Virus record (IMG/VR): IMGVR_UViG_3300045988_151219
Location: 1 to 64,000 of that record
Length of the DNA stretch: 64,000 bases
Direction: 5' to 3' (one strand)
DNA from: a virus
The position numbers were made by a program, and so were the translations under genes. Below the pieces are notes generated by a model. It made no database searches and was not told the DNA's origin. It saw only the letters and a program-made list of their open reading frames with translations. This document shows positions 37,172 to 45,321 of this stretch, piece after piece. Within the stretch, counting starts at the first letter, position 1; the number at the start of each line of letters is the position of its first letter.

Positions 37172-37300
37172 TTAGTTATTAAAAATTGCCAACACAATAA
37201 ACGTACCGATAAGCGTGAAAATTAAATGAATTAGAGGATGTGGCGAAATCGGCTTTACCAAAATTGCTACAATAAATGCAATGACTGCAAACAGAAACAT
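37172..37300 (-). CDS. possible 42-aa membrane micro-protein
   Basis: My translation gives MFLFAVIAFIVAILVKPISPHPLIHLIFTLIGTFIVLAIFNN, with AGAGAGGAGC upstream. It lies downstream of the consensus promoter at 37349..37377. Confidence 0.45.
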   Translation of the reverse strand: MFLFAVIAFIVAILVKPISPHPLIHLIFTLIGTFIVLAIFNN

Positions 37301-37348
37301 GATTGTTGCTCCTCTCTTTTAAAAATATAATTTGTTTTCTATGTCTAT

Positions 37349-37377
37349 ATTATAAAAGAGATTGTAAAATATGTCAA
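37349..37377 (-). promoter_or_regulatory. sigma-70 consensus promoter
   Basis: The minus strand reads TTGACA (37377..37372), a 17-nt spacer, then TATAAT (37354..37349). Both hexamers are perfect. It sits about 50 nt upstream of the ATG at 37300. Confidence 0.55.
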
Positions 37378-37390
37378 GTGCTTTTATAAA

Positions 37391-37420
37391 AAATTCTACA
37401 TAAAATTATATGTAGAATTT
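37391..37420 (-). terminator. intrinsic terminator after 37486..38112
   Basis: A 12-bp perfect inverted repeat, AAATTCTACATA-taattt-TATGTAGAATTT on the minus strand, followed by TTTATAAAAG. Confidence 0.55.
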
Positions 37421-37485
37421 AAATACTTTATACTATTAACTTACCATGACAGATTTTCTCCTTTAGATAGTATGTAAATACAAGA

Positions 37486-38112
37486 TTAATTTTTGATAGA
37501 TTGTGTGATTTCATCAGTAGCTTCTTTTACAGCAGTTTCATAATCTAAATCATAACCTAACTCTTCTGCTCTTTCTTTCATAACTCTTACTATAATACCA
37601 TTTTCTTTATAATCAGTAGCGTTAGTAACAGAATAGTTTATTTTATCATAAACTTCATATATTACTACAACGTTTATCATATATTCCTGGAACGCCTGAA
37701 TAGCTAAATCATAATCTTCCTGGTCAAGTCTTCCAGCATCAAAAGCCTGTTGCACATTACTTATAAAAGCAAAAGGATATGTAGAATAAATCTGTTTAGA
37801 TGAATAAGGCTTTAAGTCTTCCAGTATCTTCCTTTTCTCTTTCTTATGTATATTAGGCTTTCCTGCTCTGTCAATTACTCTATAATTTTTTAAAGCTCTT
37901 TCTTTAGCTATCTTTTTCTCTTGTTCAGAAGCTTTCGCATATTCCATAAGCAATGCCGTTGTGTGGTCACGCTCCTGTATTAAAATGCTCTGCGGAGGTT
38001 CCGGTTTATGTTGTACTCTTAAGAACTCTCCTACATAAAGTAAGGTAGCAGTAATAGCTAAGGCTACTATAATTAATGAAATGATATACTTTCTTTTTTC
38101 TAACTGCTGCAT
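37486..38112 (-). CDS. membrane-anchored protein, paralogous to lipoprotein 35259..35891
   Basis: 208 aa. N-terminal anchor YIISLIIVALAITATLLYV, AGGAAGGAG SD and a shared C-terminal domain. Confidence 0.7.
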   Translation of the reverse strand: MQQLEKRKYIISLIIVALAITATLLYVGEFLRVQHKPEPPQSILIQERDHTTALLMEYAKASEQEKKIAKERALKNYRVIDRAGKPNIHKKEKRKILEDLKPYSSKQIYSTYPFAFISNVQQAFDAGRLDQEDYDLAIQAFQEYMINVVVIYEVYDKINYSVTNATDYKENGIIVRVMKERAEELGYDLDYETAVKEATDEITQSIKN

Positions 38113-38129
38113 TAAGGCTCCTTCCTAAG

Positions 38130-38267
38130 TCAAAATAAAAAATATAAAAATATGATTAACATTATTATACTATATTTTAAAATTTTCCTCTCTTCTATAA
38201 AACAAGAAAGGAAAAAGATAATAATTATTGCAGTTGATATATAAACAGAAATAACCGCATTTACCAT
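38130..38267 (-). CDS. possible 45-aa hydrophobic micro-protein
   Basis: My translation gives MVNAVISVYISTAIIIIFFLSCFIEERKILKYSIIMLIIFLYFLF. Its ATG overlaps the stop of the preceding micro-ORF (AAATGGTAA), and its stop lies 17 nt before the start of 37486..38112. Confidence 0.4.
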   Translation of the reverse strand: MVNAVISVYISTAIIIIFFLSCFIEERKILKYSIIMLIIFLYFLF

Positions 38268-38332
38268 TTCTTATGATTCCTAATTTCATCTTCTATAATA
38301 AATAAAAGTATTAAACTAATTATTATACCCAT
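38261..38332 (-). CDS. possible 23-aa micro-protein
   Basis: MGIIISLILLFIIEDEIRNHKKW with AGAGGT 6 nt upstream. Confidence 0.3.
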   Translation of the reverse strand: MGIIISLILLFIIEDEIRNHKKW

Positions 38333-38342
38333 TTATATACCT

Positions 38343-38441
38343 CTAACTTTTAAAGTAGTTAGCTAAACTAAAAATAATACTACATAAAGTAAATGCAAAG
38401 ATTGTCCAAAATATAGACTCAATAAGCCACTCTTTATACAT
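38343..38441 (-). CDS. possible 32-aa hydrophobic micro-protein
   Basis: MYKEWLIESIFWTIFAFTLCSIIFSLANYFKS with GAGAGGT upstream. Confidence 0.4.
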   Translation of the reverse strand: MYKEWLIESIFWTIFAFTLCSIIFSLANYFKS

Positions 38442-38728
38442 TATATTTCTACCTCTCTTTATTAACTCTTAGAGAAACAACGATAAAAATATATAATAGC
38501 TTAATTAAGTCCAGGAATTGGCTATTTTTAAAACTTATATATAACTAAGTCTAAGAAACTATAAATTTTTAGACTTAATATAGAAACAACCCTTACTAAA
38601 GACCACCATTAGCTTAATCTCAAAGACGATTTCTTATATTGCCATACAAGACCCTTAGCAGAAGTCTTTAAGGTAAGTTTCCCCTACAGTATTTTTAAAA
38701 GCCTTAAAAACGACTATACGAAATAAAG

Positions 38729-38965
38729 CTACCTAAAGCTACTTGATATGTCATTGTCATAGCTTAAATATTTTAAAAGCACACAACACTCATCTTTAAT
38801 ATAAGCTTCTTCTATATCATGAAAAACTTGGTCACTACGTTCTTTTGTTTTAAAGGTTAAAGTGTATGTTCTTCTACAGCTTGAAACATAAATAGCATTA
38901 TTACTATCATCATAAAAAACATAATCTACAGTAGGAATAATTAGATTTTTAAAAATAATAGACAT
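38729..38965 (-). CDS. hypothetical protein
   Basis: 78-aa ORF, 4 nt after the beta-helix gene. Confidence 0.5.
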   Translation of the reverse strand: MSIIFKNLIIPTVDYVFYDDSNNAIYVSSCRRTYTLTFKTKERSDQVFHDIEEAYIKDECCVLLKYLSYDNDISSSFR

Positions 38966-38969
38966 AAAT

Positions 38970-39780
38970 TTACCTCTCTTCCAAAAAACTACTTATTATA
39001 TTATATGAACTTCTTTTTAAATCTTCTTCACTATTTATTTCTTTATCTCCAAAAAGCTCATATCTACCCTCAAGGTCTATATCACCACCTATACTCACCC
39101 TATCAAAAACTTTAATGTTCCCTTGCAGTTTAGCCCTATCATAAACTTTGGAACTTCCGTATAAATTAACTCCGTGAAGTAATTGAGATTCTCCAAAAAC
39201 TTGAGCATCATCATACAGTTTTACAGAATTAAATATAAAAGCATCACCATATACTCTACATCTGTTTTTGATTTCAGATAAATCTTTCACTTTAGCATTT
39301 CCACAAACTCTGGCAAATCCTGATATAAACGACTCTGAAACTAATGCATTTCCGTAAACTTTTGCACTCTCTCTTATGTTACTTTTATATTCAACTCTTG
39401 CATTTTCAAATATTTTTGAATAATCTCTAATAGTAGAATTAGTTACTACAGCGTTATCATAAACTTTTGCATTACTATAAATTTCAGAATTTCCTCTTAT
39501 TTCAGCATTACCATAGACACGAACCTTTCCTTTAAGAACACCCATATACTTTTGCAAAATCACAAATTCTGGAATCATCTTTCACCTTAGCATTTTGATA
39601 TACCATTGCATGGTCATAAACCCAACATGTTCCTTCTTGTGATAAATTCTCCTCACTTTCTACAAATCCTCCTAAGGCTCCCCTCTGAACATAAGGTAAT
39701 GATTTTAAGGCTCTTATTCTATATAAAATATGACCATCTATAACTTTTGTCTCGTCAGTTAATTCGTATTTTCTCCCCAT
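38970..39780 (-). CDS. beta-helix repeat protein read in two overlapping frames (possible frameshift or two genes)
   Basis: ORF 39532..39780 (YELTDETKVIDGHILYRIRAL...GGFVESEENLSQEGTCWVYDHAMVYQNAKVKDDSRI.DFAKVYG) continues seamlessly as repeat units in ORF 38970..39578 (KGKVRVYGNAEIRGNSEIYSNAKVYDNAVV...). The repeats have the form [VI]-[YF]-[GDS]-N-A-x-[VI]. Confidence 0.6.
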
Positions 39781-39818
39781 ATCTATTCTCCAATCTTACT
39801 ATATTATACTACAAGTTA

Positions 39819-39848
39819 AAAAGAGTTACTGCTTAAAGTAACTCTTTT
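39819..39848 (-). terminator. 12-bp hairpin after 39863..41071
   Basis: The minus strand reads AAAAGAGTTACT-ttaagc-AGTAACTCTTTT then TAAC. TATAAT lies 9 nt further downstream. Confidence 0.55.
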
Positions 39849-39862
39849 CTTTAAATCTCTTA

Positions 39863-41071
39863 TTAGCCTAACAGTTTCTTATGTATTTTTACAGACTTGT
39901 TACGTTTCTTGTTAGCTTGAGAAGTGTGGGCTTTCTTGCGTGCTTTTACTAAAGCCATCTTCTGTGCTGAACTTAAACGTTTCTTTCTGGTAGGAATAGT
40001 CTTCTTAACGACTGCCTTATCTCTTACTACTTTTACAGTCTTTTCTTCAATCTTCTCGTCATGGTCATCATCTTCTTCTAAATCTTCTCCGTCTTCTAAT
40101 TCAGTCTCTAAGTCTTCCGGTTCTCCCTCATCTTTAGGTTCTTCCGACATCTTAGCAAAATCATCAGGTTCTTCTCCATCGTCATTTTCCGGCTCTTCGT
40201 CAGAATCAAAATAGTTTGACACCAACGCATCAAAATCAGCCTGATCAGCAAATTCATTAAGTGCTTCTGTTAAAGCGTTAGCAAAAGATGAGCCGTCATA
40301 AAGTGAAGATTGTACATCTAAGTCTTTTGTTACGTCACCTAACATACTGTTTGAGATATTGATTGTTCCTGTAAAGGAATCTGTATTTGCCTGGATATCT
40401 GCTTTTACTTTTACTTCATCAGCATATTCAGTGGTTTTTTCATCAGGGTCTACAACACCCAGCAGTAATGAAAATTCAGTTGAAGCTGTTCCTACTTTAG
40501 TATCATCCAAAGTATTTTCAAATACAATAGGAAGCGGAGAAATACCTAAGAAAATTACATTACCCTCTGTCTCGTGTGAAAGCTTTCCTAAGAAAGTTGA
40601 ACCAATTACAGCGTTAGGAATAGAATCAGAAAGAACTTCTGTATCCCCTTCCGCTTCAAATACTTTCAAAAGCTTTTTGGAAGCATAAGAAGTAAGAGAC
40701 TTAACAAGACCGTCTTTTACCTGCTGTTTGAGCCATGCTAAAGCTTTGCCTGCTCCCTGCTGTTTCATGATATAAAGCATTTTTTCTAAGATAGAATCAA
40801 TATCATCTGATTCATAGAAATAGTCTTTACCATTAATAGTTACTACTATCTGTTTAGGGTCTTTAGCTTTCTTAATATTGAGGTCAAGAGATTCCGTGAT
40901 TTCCGGATTTAATTCTTCCCCTTCTTCTACAGTGTCATCATCTTCTAATACTTCCGGCGGGTCTTTAGGCTCTTCTGCCTGGAAATCCACATCTTCATTA
41001 ATCTTCTTGAGCTTTTTCTTCATCGGTTCTGTGGATTCATTGAGTCTCTGAAAAATTGATTTTACAGACAT
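39863..41071 (-). CDS. candidate packaged internal protein: shared N-terminal tag, acidic body, basic C-terminal tail
   Basis: 402 aa. N-terminus MSVKSIFQRLNES. Long D/E-rich tracts. C-terminal KKRLSSAQKMALVKARKKAHTSQANKKRNKSVKIHKK. Confidence 0.65.
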   Translation of the reverse strand: MSVKSIFQRLNESTEPMKKKLKKINEDVDFQAEEPKDPPEVLEDDDTVEEGEELNPEITESLDLNIKKAKDPKQIVVTINGKDYFYESDDIDSILEKMLYIMKQQGAGKALAWLKQQVKDGLVKSLTSYASKKLLKVFEAEGDTEVLSDSIPNAVIGSTFLGKLSHETEGNVIFLGISPLPIVFENTLDDTKVGTASTEFSLLLGVVDPDEKTTEYADEVKVKADIQANTDSFTGTINISNSMLGDVTKDLDVQSSLYDGSSFANALTEALNEFADQADFDALVSNYFDSDEEPENDDGEEPDDFAKMSEEPKDEGEPEDLETELEDGEDLEEDDDHDEKIEEKTVKVVRDKAVVKKTIPTRKKRLSSAQKMALVKARKKAHTSQANKKRNKSVKIHKKLLG

Positions 41072-41080
41072 AATTAACTC

Positions 41081-41650
41081 CTATTCTTCATCTTTAATAA
41101 TTTTGTTTGGATTTAAATAAGCTACTCCCTCTTTGTCGACTTCAACAAAGAAAGGCTTTCCATCATTTAAAGCTTTCATCAATTTATTTGAATCAGCTTT
41201 GTCACCAATTATATAATCGAAAATTGAACTTCTGTCTAATGATAAGTTCTGCTCACCATTAAAGGCTATCTGTATAGTCTTGTTATCTACATCAACCAAA
41301 AATCCTAAGTCTTTGTAAATCTGCATATCGTAATCTATTAGAGATTCTTTTATGCCACTGCCTATAACTTCCTCTGAATCATTTTTTAAATCTAAAGATA
41401 AGTCATATGCTAAATCTTTAACTAATCTCGGATTAGCTTCACTAAGATAGCTATATAAGTCTTCTGGTGAATTATATTCATGCAGAAAACGATAAAATAG
41501 AGAATTGGCTAATTCATCAGTCAGATGTATTCCTTTTTCGTTTATATATAAATATTCTTTATTAGAGTCTAATTCATCAAAGGCAGACTCTTTTAAAAAT
41601 CTGATTTTCCTTGACTCGTTTAACCCTTGAATGATTGACTTTAAAGACAT
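41081..41650 (-). CDS. candidate packaged internal protein with shared N-terminal tag
   Basis: 189 aa. N-terminus MSLKSIIQGLNES. Confidence 0.65.
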   Translation of the reverse strand: MSLKSIIQGLNESRKIRFLKESAFDELDSNKEYLYINEKGIHLTDELANSLFYRFLHEYNSPEDLYSYLSEANPRLVKDLAYDLSLDLKNDSEEVIGSGIKESLIDYDMQIYKDLGFLVDVDNKTIQIAFNGEQNLSLDRSSIFDYIIGDKADSNKLMKALNDGKPFFVEVDKEGVAYLNPNKIIKDEE

Positions 41651-41659
41651 ATTTACCTC

Positions 41660-42046
41660 TTATAAGTATTCTTTAATAAGGTCTTCGGTTATTTCTCCGT
41701 CATCACCTAAACCATGTACAAACATAACATAGTCTTCATCGTCATAGATTTCAAAATATCCGTTTTCATCTAAGACCCAGGTAGTTCCTTCCGGAATGGT
41801 AATAAAATTCTTCTGATCTCCATCAGCCCATTTCATAATAGCATAAATTTTATTAAGTTCATCAGGCTTAACAAAATTCATTATGCAGTCTTCCGCTGTA
41901 AGCTTAGTTTCATATTTCTTTTTTAATTTGTATTCTTTTCCTACTTCTAATGAACCCATGTTAATTGTTACTTCAACCTGTTCATCGTTTTCGCTTTCAT
42001 TCATTCTTGCTTCGTTCAAGTTACGAATAATTGAATTTACAGCCAT
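41660..42046 (-). CDS. candidate packaged internal protein with shared N-terminal tag
   Basis: 128 aa. N-terminus MAVNSIIRNLNEA. Confidence 0.65.
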   Translation of the reverse strand: MAVNSIIRNLNEARMNESENDEQVEVTINMGSLEVGKEYKLKKKYETKLTAEDCIMNFVKPDELNKIYAIMKWADGDQKNFITIPEGTTWVLDENGYFEIYDDEDYVMFVHGLGDDGEITEDLIKEYL

Positions 42047-42073
42047 CTTTCACTACTCCTTGTAATTAATATT

Positions 42074-42107
42074 TTAGTAAGAGGGAGATTATGTTCCCTC
42101 TTACTAA
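42074..42107 (-). terminator. 13-bp hairpin after the sheath gene
   Basis: TTAGTAAGAGGGA-gattatgt-TCCCTCTTACTAA. There is no clean U-run on either side, so terminator function is uncertain. Confidence 0.4.
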
Positions 42108-42119
42108 GTATATATAATC

Positions 42120-43949
42120 TTATTTTTCTCCGTCTAATTTGATATTCTTTGTAGCGTCTTCTTCTGAATAAGAAGTGATTCCATCTTTAGAAAGTACATA
42201 AGAAATATCAATATATTCAGCCGGTTTTATAATAGCAACTTTGATAAGTCCAGGCATCCGCCCATTATCAATATCTTCCTGTGATACTGTAGTTTCATCC
42301 ATCTTAAGGATATAATCATATATACCCCTGGATTCTTTTACCGCTCTGAAATAGGGGTCAAGTCTTAATTTCCATCTATTCCACGTATTCAATTCGTTCT
42401 GGTCAAACAAGAAATCAAGGGATTCTCTTAAAATGACTTTACGGAAATAGTTAGAAAGACGTCTTGCGTTGATATAACGTAAAGATTTATTAGTAGCGTA
42501 TTCGTCATAAACTTTAGAAGTACGAACACCCATTAAGCATAAGCCTTTTCCTCTAACATCTACAACGGAGTTTATATTTGTATCCGTGGAGTAAAGCATA
42601 TCCCGCTGTTCTTTTGTAGTAGAGTATTCAAGTCCATCAAGACCTACTACTTTACCACGGTTTACACCTGCCGGAGAAATCCATTCATGAGATACATTGT
42701 CAGAAGCTGTAAAGGTTGCTGCAATATATGGTGTAATATCTACTAAATCAATCTGTCCGGTAATAGCATTTCTAATATATCCGTTCGGATAAGTTAAGAA
42801 AATGTGTGAGTTATCAAATTTGTATCCTGTATCAACAAATTCTCCGTAAGCTCGTACATAATCTCTTGCCTGTTCAGGAGTAAGTCCGAAAGGAAGTGAC
42901 GGCAAATAAACTAAATCTTTACGATAGTTTATAATCTTTTCCGCTTCTTCATATACTTTCCTGTCAAACCATCCAGGAACTACTAAAGTAGCATAGTCAA
43001 CACGGTCCGGGTCATATAAGGATTTCATCCCTGAATTACCCTCGCCTATAACATCATCTACTGTAACGTCTAATCCTGAATTGCCGTCAGCTAATACAGT
43101 GTCAAGGTCAGCAGCATCAGCTTTAGTATATCCATCTTTTACTATACAAGTTACATAAGAAGAGAATCTGTTAATGATATTTCCAATAAAAGATATCTCT
43201 TTCGGGTCTATACTGCAACGATAGGTTTCTACCATATCCCCATCTTTATTAGCCAAAGTATACACTATTTTAGTTGAGTCATCAGTAGAAAGCTTAAGTG
43301 AAATCTTGTAGTCATTATAGTATGACGTCAAGTCTTTCGTATTAAATTTAATCCACGGCTCAACTCCTGCCGGCTTCTTATATTTATAATCAGCTTTTGC
43401 AGTTACAGTTCCTGTTGGAGCCGTGTCAAAGTTGATTTCTACTTTACCATTTACATAATTTACAGTGCCTTCGTAACCTATCTTATCACAAAGAAGTTTA
43501 CCTGCCTGGTTATCTTTCAGAACAATTTCTTTTGTGTCAAAAGTTACAAAAACAGTAGTAGAACCTTTAAGAAGAGGTTTATTGCTAAGTGTTGCACTAA
43601 ATTTTTTACCTTCAGTATCTTTTGTAAGCGTAAGTGCTTCGTCAGCTACAAACTTATACGGTGAAAAAGTAGAAGCTACACTTGCATTTTTACTAATTAC
43701 ACGCTGAAACCATACTTCTTTGTTAGTAGTTAGACCTACAAGCATAGCTCGTACAGCACTGTTATTAGCTATAGGATTACCAAATAAATTAATTGCCTGT
43801 TTGACTGAACTTACTAAAGTTAATTCCAGTGGACCCTTAATAGCTACACCCACAATTGCAGTAGCGTTAGAGATTTTGACTACGGAATCGCCCTGTTCTT
43901 CAATCTCTGATACAGACACTCTGGGAGCTACGCCATTATATTCTGCCAT
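42120..43949 (-). CDS. tail sheath protein
   Basis: 609 aa. N-terminal GVAPRVSVSEIEE...ATAIVGVAIKGP and C-terminal WISPAGVNRGKVVGLDGLEY...RDMLYSTDTNINSVVDVRGKGLCLMGVRTS match the sheath family pattern. Confidence 0.85.
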   Translation of the reverse strand: MAEYNGVAPRVSVSEIEEQGDSVVKISNATAIVGVAIKGPLELTLVSSVKQAINLFGNPIANNSAVRAMLVGLTTNKEVWFQRVISKNASVASTFSPYKFVADEALTLTKDTEGKKFSATLSNKPLLKGSTTVFVTFDTKEIVLKDNQAGKLLCDKIGYEGTVNYVNGKVEINFDTAPTGTVTAKADYKYKKPAGVEPWIKFNTKDLTSYYNDYKISLKLSTDDSTKIVYTLANKDGDMVETYRCSIDPKEISFIGNIINRFSSYVTCIVKDGYTKADAADLDTVLADGNSGLDVTVDDVIGEGNSGMKSLYDPDRVDYATLVVPGWFDRKVYEEAEKIINYRKDLVYLPSLPFGLTPEQARDYVRAYGEFVDTGYKFDNSHIFLTYPNGYIRNAITGQIDLVDITPYIAATFTASDNVSHEWISPAGVNRGKVVGLDGLEYSTTKEQRDMLYSTDTNINSVVDVRGKGLCLMGVRTSKVYDEYATNKSLRYINARRLSNYFRKVILRESLDFLFDQNELNTWNRWKLRLDPYFRAVKESRGIYDYILKMDETTVSQEDIDNGRMPGLIKVAIIKPAEYIDISYVLSKDGITSYSEEDATKNIKLDGEK

Positions 43950-43964
43950 AAGATTTTTACTCCT

Positions 43965-44312
43965 TTACTTTAACTTAATTCTTAACTCTTTCAGATTGAA
44001 TTTGTTATAGAAATCTGATTTAATAACAGATTTAACTACTACAGTGTCTTCTATATTAAATTCAAACTGGTCGCCTTCAATACCGTTTACTGTAGTAGTT
44101 ACTTCCGGAATGTTGTTTACAAATAAAATGTATTTTCCATCCCTTACTATTCTTAACTTCTTAATAGACGGGTCAGCTAATTGTTTAATTTGAGTTGTCA
44201 GACTCTTAACTAATATATAATCGTGTGGTTGAAGATTATATTGTATATTGCTACCCTCATAGTTAGGTAAAATTATTCCAATATCTTCCCTTGAGATGTT
44301 ATATACTTTCAA
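43965..44312 (-). CDS. hypothetical neck/tail-completion protein
   Basis: 115-aa ORF with a 4-nt overlap with its neighbour, in the block between capsid and sheath. Confidence 0.5.
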   Translation of the reverse strand: MKVYNISREDIGIILPNYEGSNIQYNLQPHDYILVKSLTTQIKQLADPSIKKLRIVRDGKYILFVNNIPEVTTTVNGIEGDQFEFNIEDTVVVKSVIKSDFYNKFNLKELRIKLK

Positions 44313-44905
44313 TCTTCAACCTCCTCTCCTTTCTCGATAACGTACTGATGAATAGGAATATGAGAAACTACAGGAGAATCTTTTAAGAAAGGTAAATCAG
44401 CATTCTGTATCTCAAGATTGACAGTCTCTCTATATAGTCTTCCTTTATCATCAAAAGATGAAAAATCTGTCTGTGACTGGTTATCTATTAGCTTAAGCGT
44501 ATAATCTTCTTCTAAAGCTACAGTGTCTGACAGATTAAAGACCACATGCAAAGAGTCATTGATATATAAGAACATACAAAGTTCTTTGAAAATATCATCA
44601 ACTTCTCGTCTTCGGTCAGAATAAATATCTATCTGGTAAGTTATTAAAACCGGTAATGATTGTATGGCTGTAACAGTCTTATTGTCTTTAGAGTATGCTT
44701 TATATCCTGAACGTATCCTGGCATCAGTTGATTTATCAAAAGCTAATACATTGGAAATACGCCATATAGTAATGATTGGTAAATTTAATACTGCATCATT
44801 TTCTATGGCGTCTGAATACATTTTTTCTTCGTGAGCTATCTCTGTATTCTCAAAGACATTCTGTATTTTCTTTTCTAAAGCTTCGTCAAAACACTGTAAA
44901 CTCAT
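44309..44905 (-). CDS. hypothetical neck/tail-completion protein
   Basis: 198-aa ORF with ATGA-type overlaps on both sides. Confidence 0.55.
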   Translation of the reverse strand: MSLQCFDEALEKKIQNVFENTEIAHEEKMYSDAIENDAVLNLPIITIWRISNVLAFDKSTDARIRSGYKAYSKDNKTVTAIQSLPVLITYQIDIYSDRRREVDDIFKELCMFLYINDSLHVVFNLSDTVALEEDYTLKLIDNQSQTDFSSFDDKGRLYRETVNLEIQNADLPFLKDSPVVSHIPIHQYVIEKGEEVED

Positions 44906-45321
44906 TTTCCTACCACCGAATCAATATAAAGTGCATATAAATTAAAGAGATTATCTTTATATTTCCAGTAAGTCTGCCTAATAAAAGGATGTGGCGGAAG
45001 TGCTAATAATCTGCTTCCATACTCATAAAGCCTTACTATTTCCGAATAATATAATCCTGTTTCTTCGTCTTCCCCATCTTTTACTGTCAGAAAGATATTA
45101 GGATGTGAAGAATCTAATACCAGTTTATCTAATACAAATTTAGTCTTCATTCTTAAAGATTCTGATTTTGTAGTCTGTATGACATTCTCATACTCTTTAA
45201 CTAAATCAGCATAAAATCTTTCCATTATAAAAAGGTCAAATTTATGTCTTTCTTTAGGGTCATTTATATTATTCTCTTCGGATGGGTGCCATGATGTTCC
45301 TATTGGTATAAACCATATCAT
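44902..45321 (-). CDS. hypothetical head-tail joining protein
   Basis: 139-aa ORF, overlap-coupled to its neighbours. Confidence 0.55.
   Translation of the reverse strand: MIWFIPIGTSWHPSEENNINDPKERHKFDLFIMERFYADLVKEYENVIQTTKSESLRMKTKFVLDKLVLDSSHPNIFLTVKDGEDEETGLYYSEIVRLYEYGSRLLALPPHPFIRQTYWKYKDNLFNLYALYIDSVVGK

Noticed and set aside
36973-38441. Calling the small membrane ORFs a holin/antiholin lysis cassette.
   Set aside because: No endolysin or spanin gene is adjacent, and the only muralytic domains are tail-borne. Function is left open.
38442-38728. Possible tRNA or structured ncRNA in the ORF-free stretches at 38442..38728 and 34807..34985.
   Set aside because: I could not fold a cloverleaf. 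No T-loop GTTCGAAT-type sequence sits between matching stems, and there is no acceptor/anticodon arrangement. Only short local hairpins are present. A covariance-model scan would be needed for a definitive answer.
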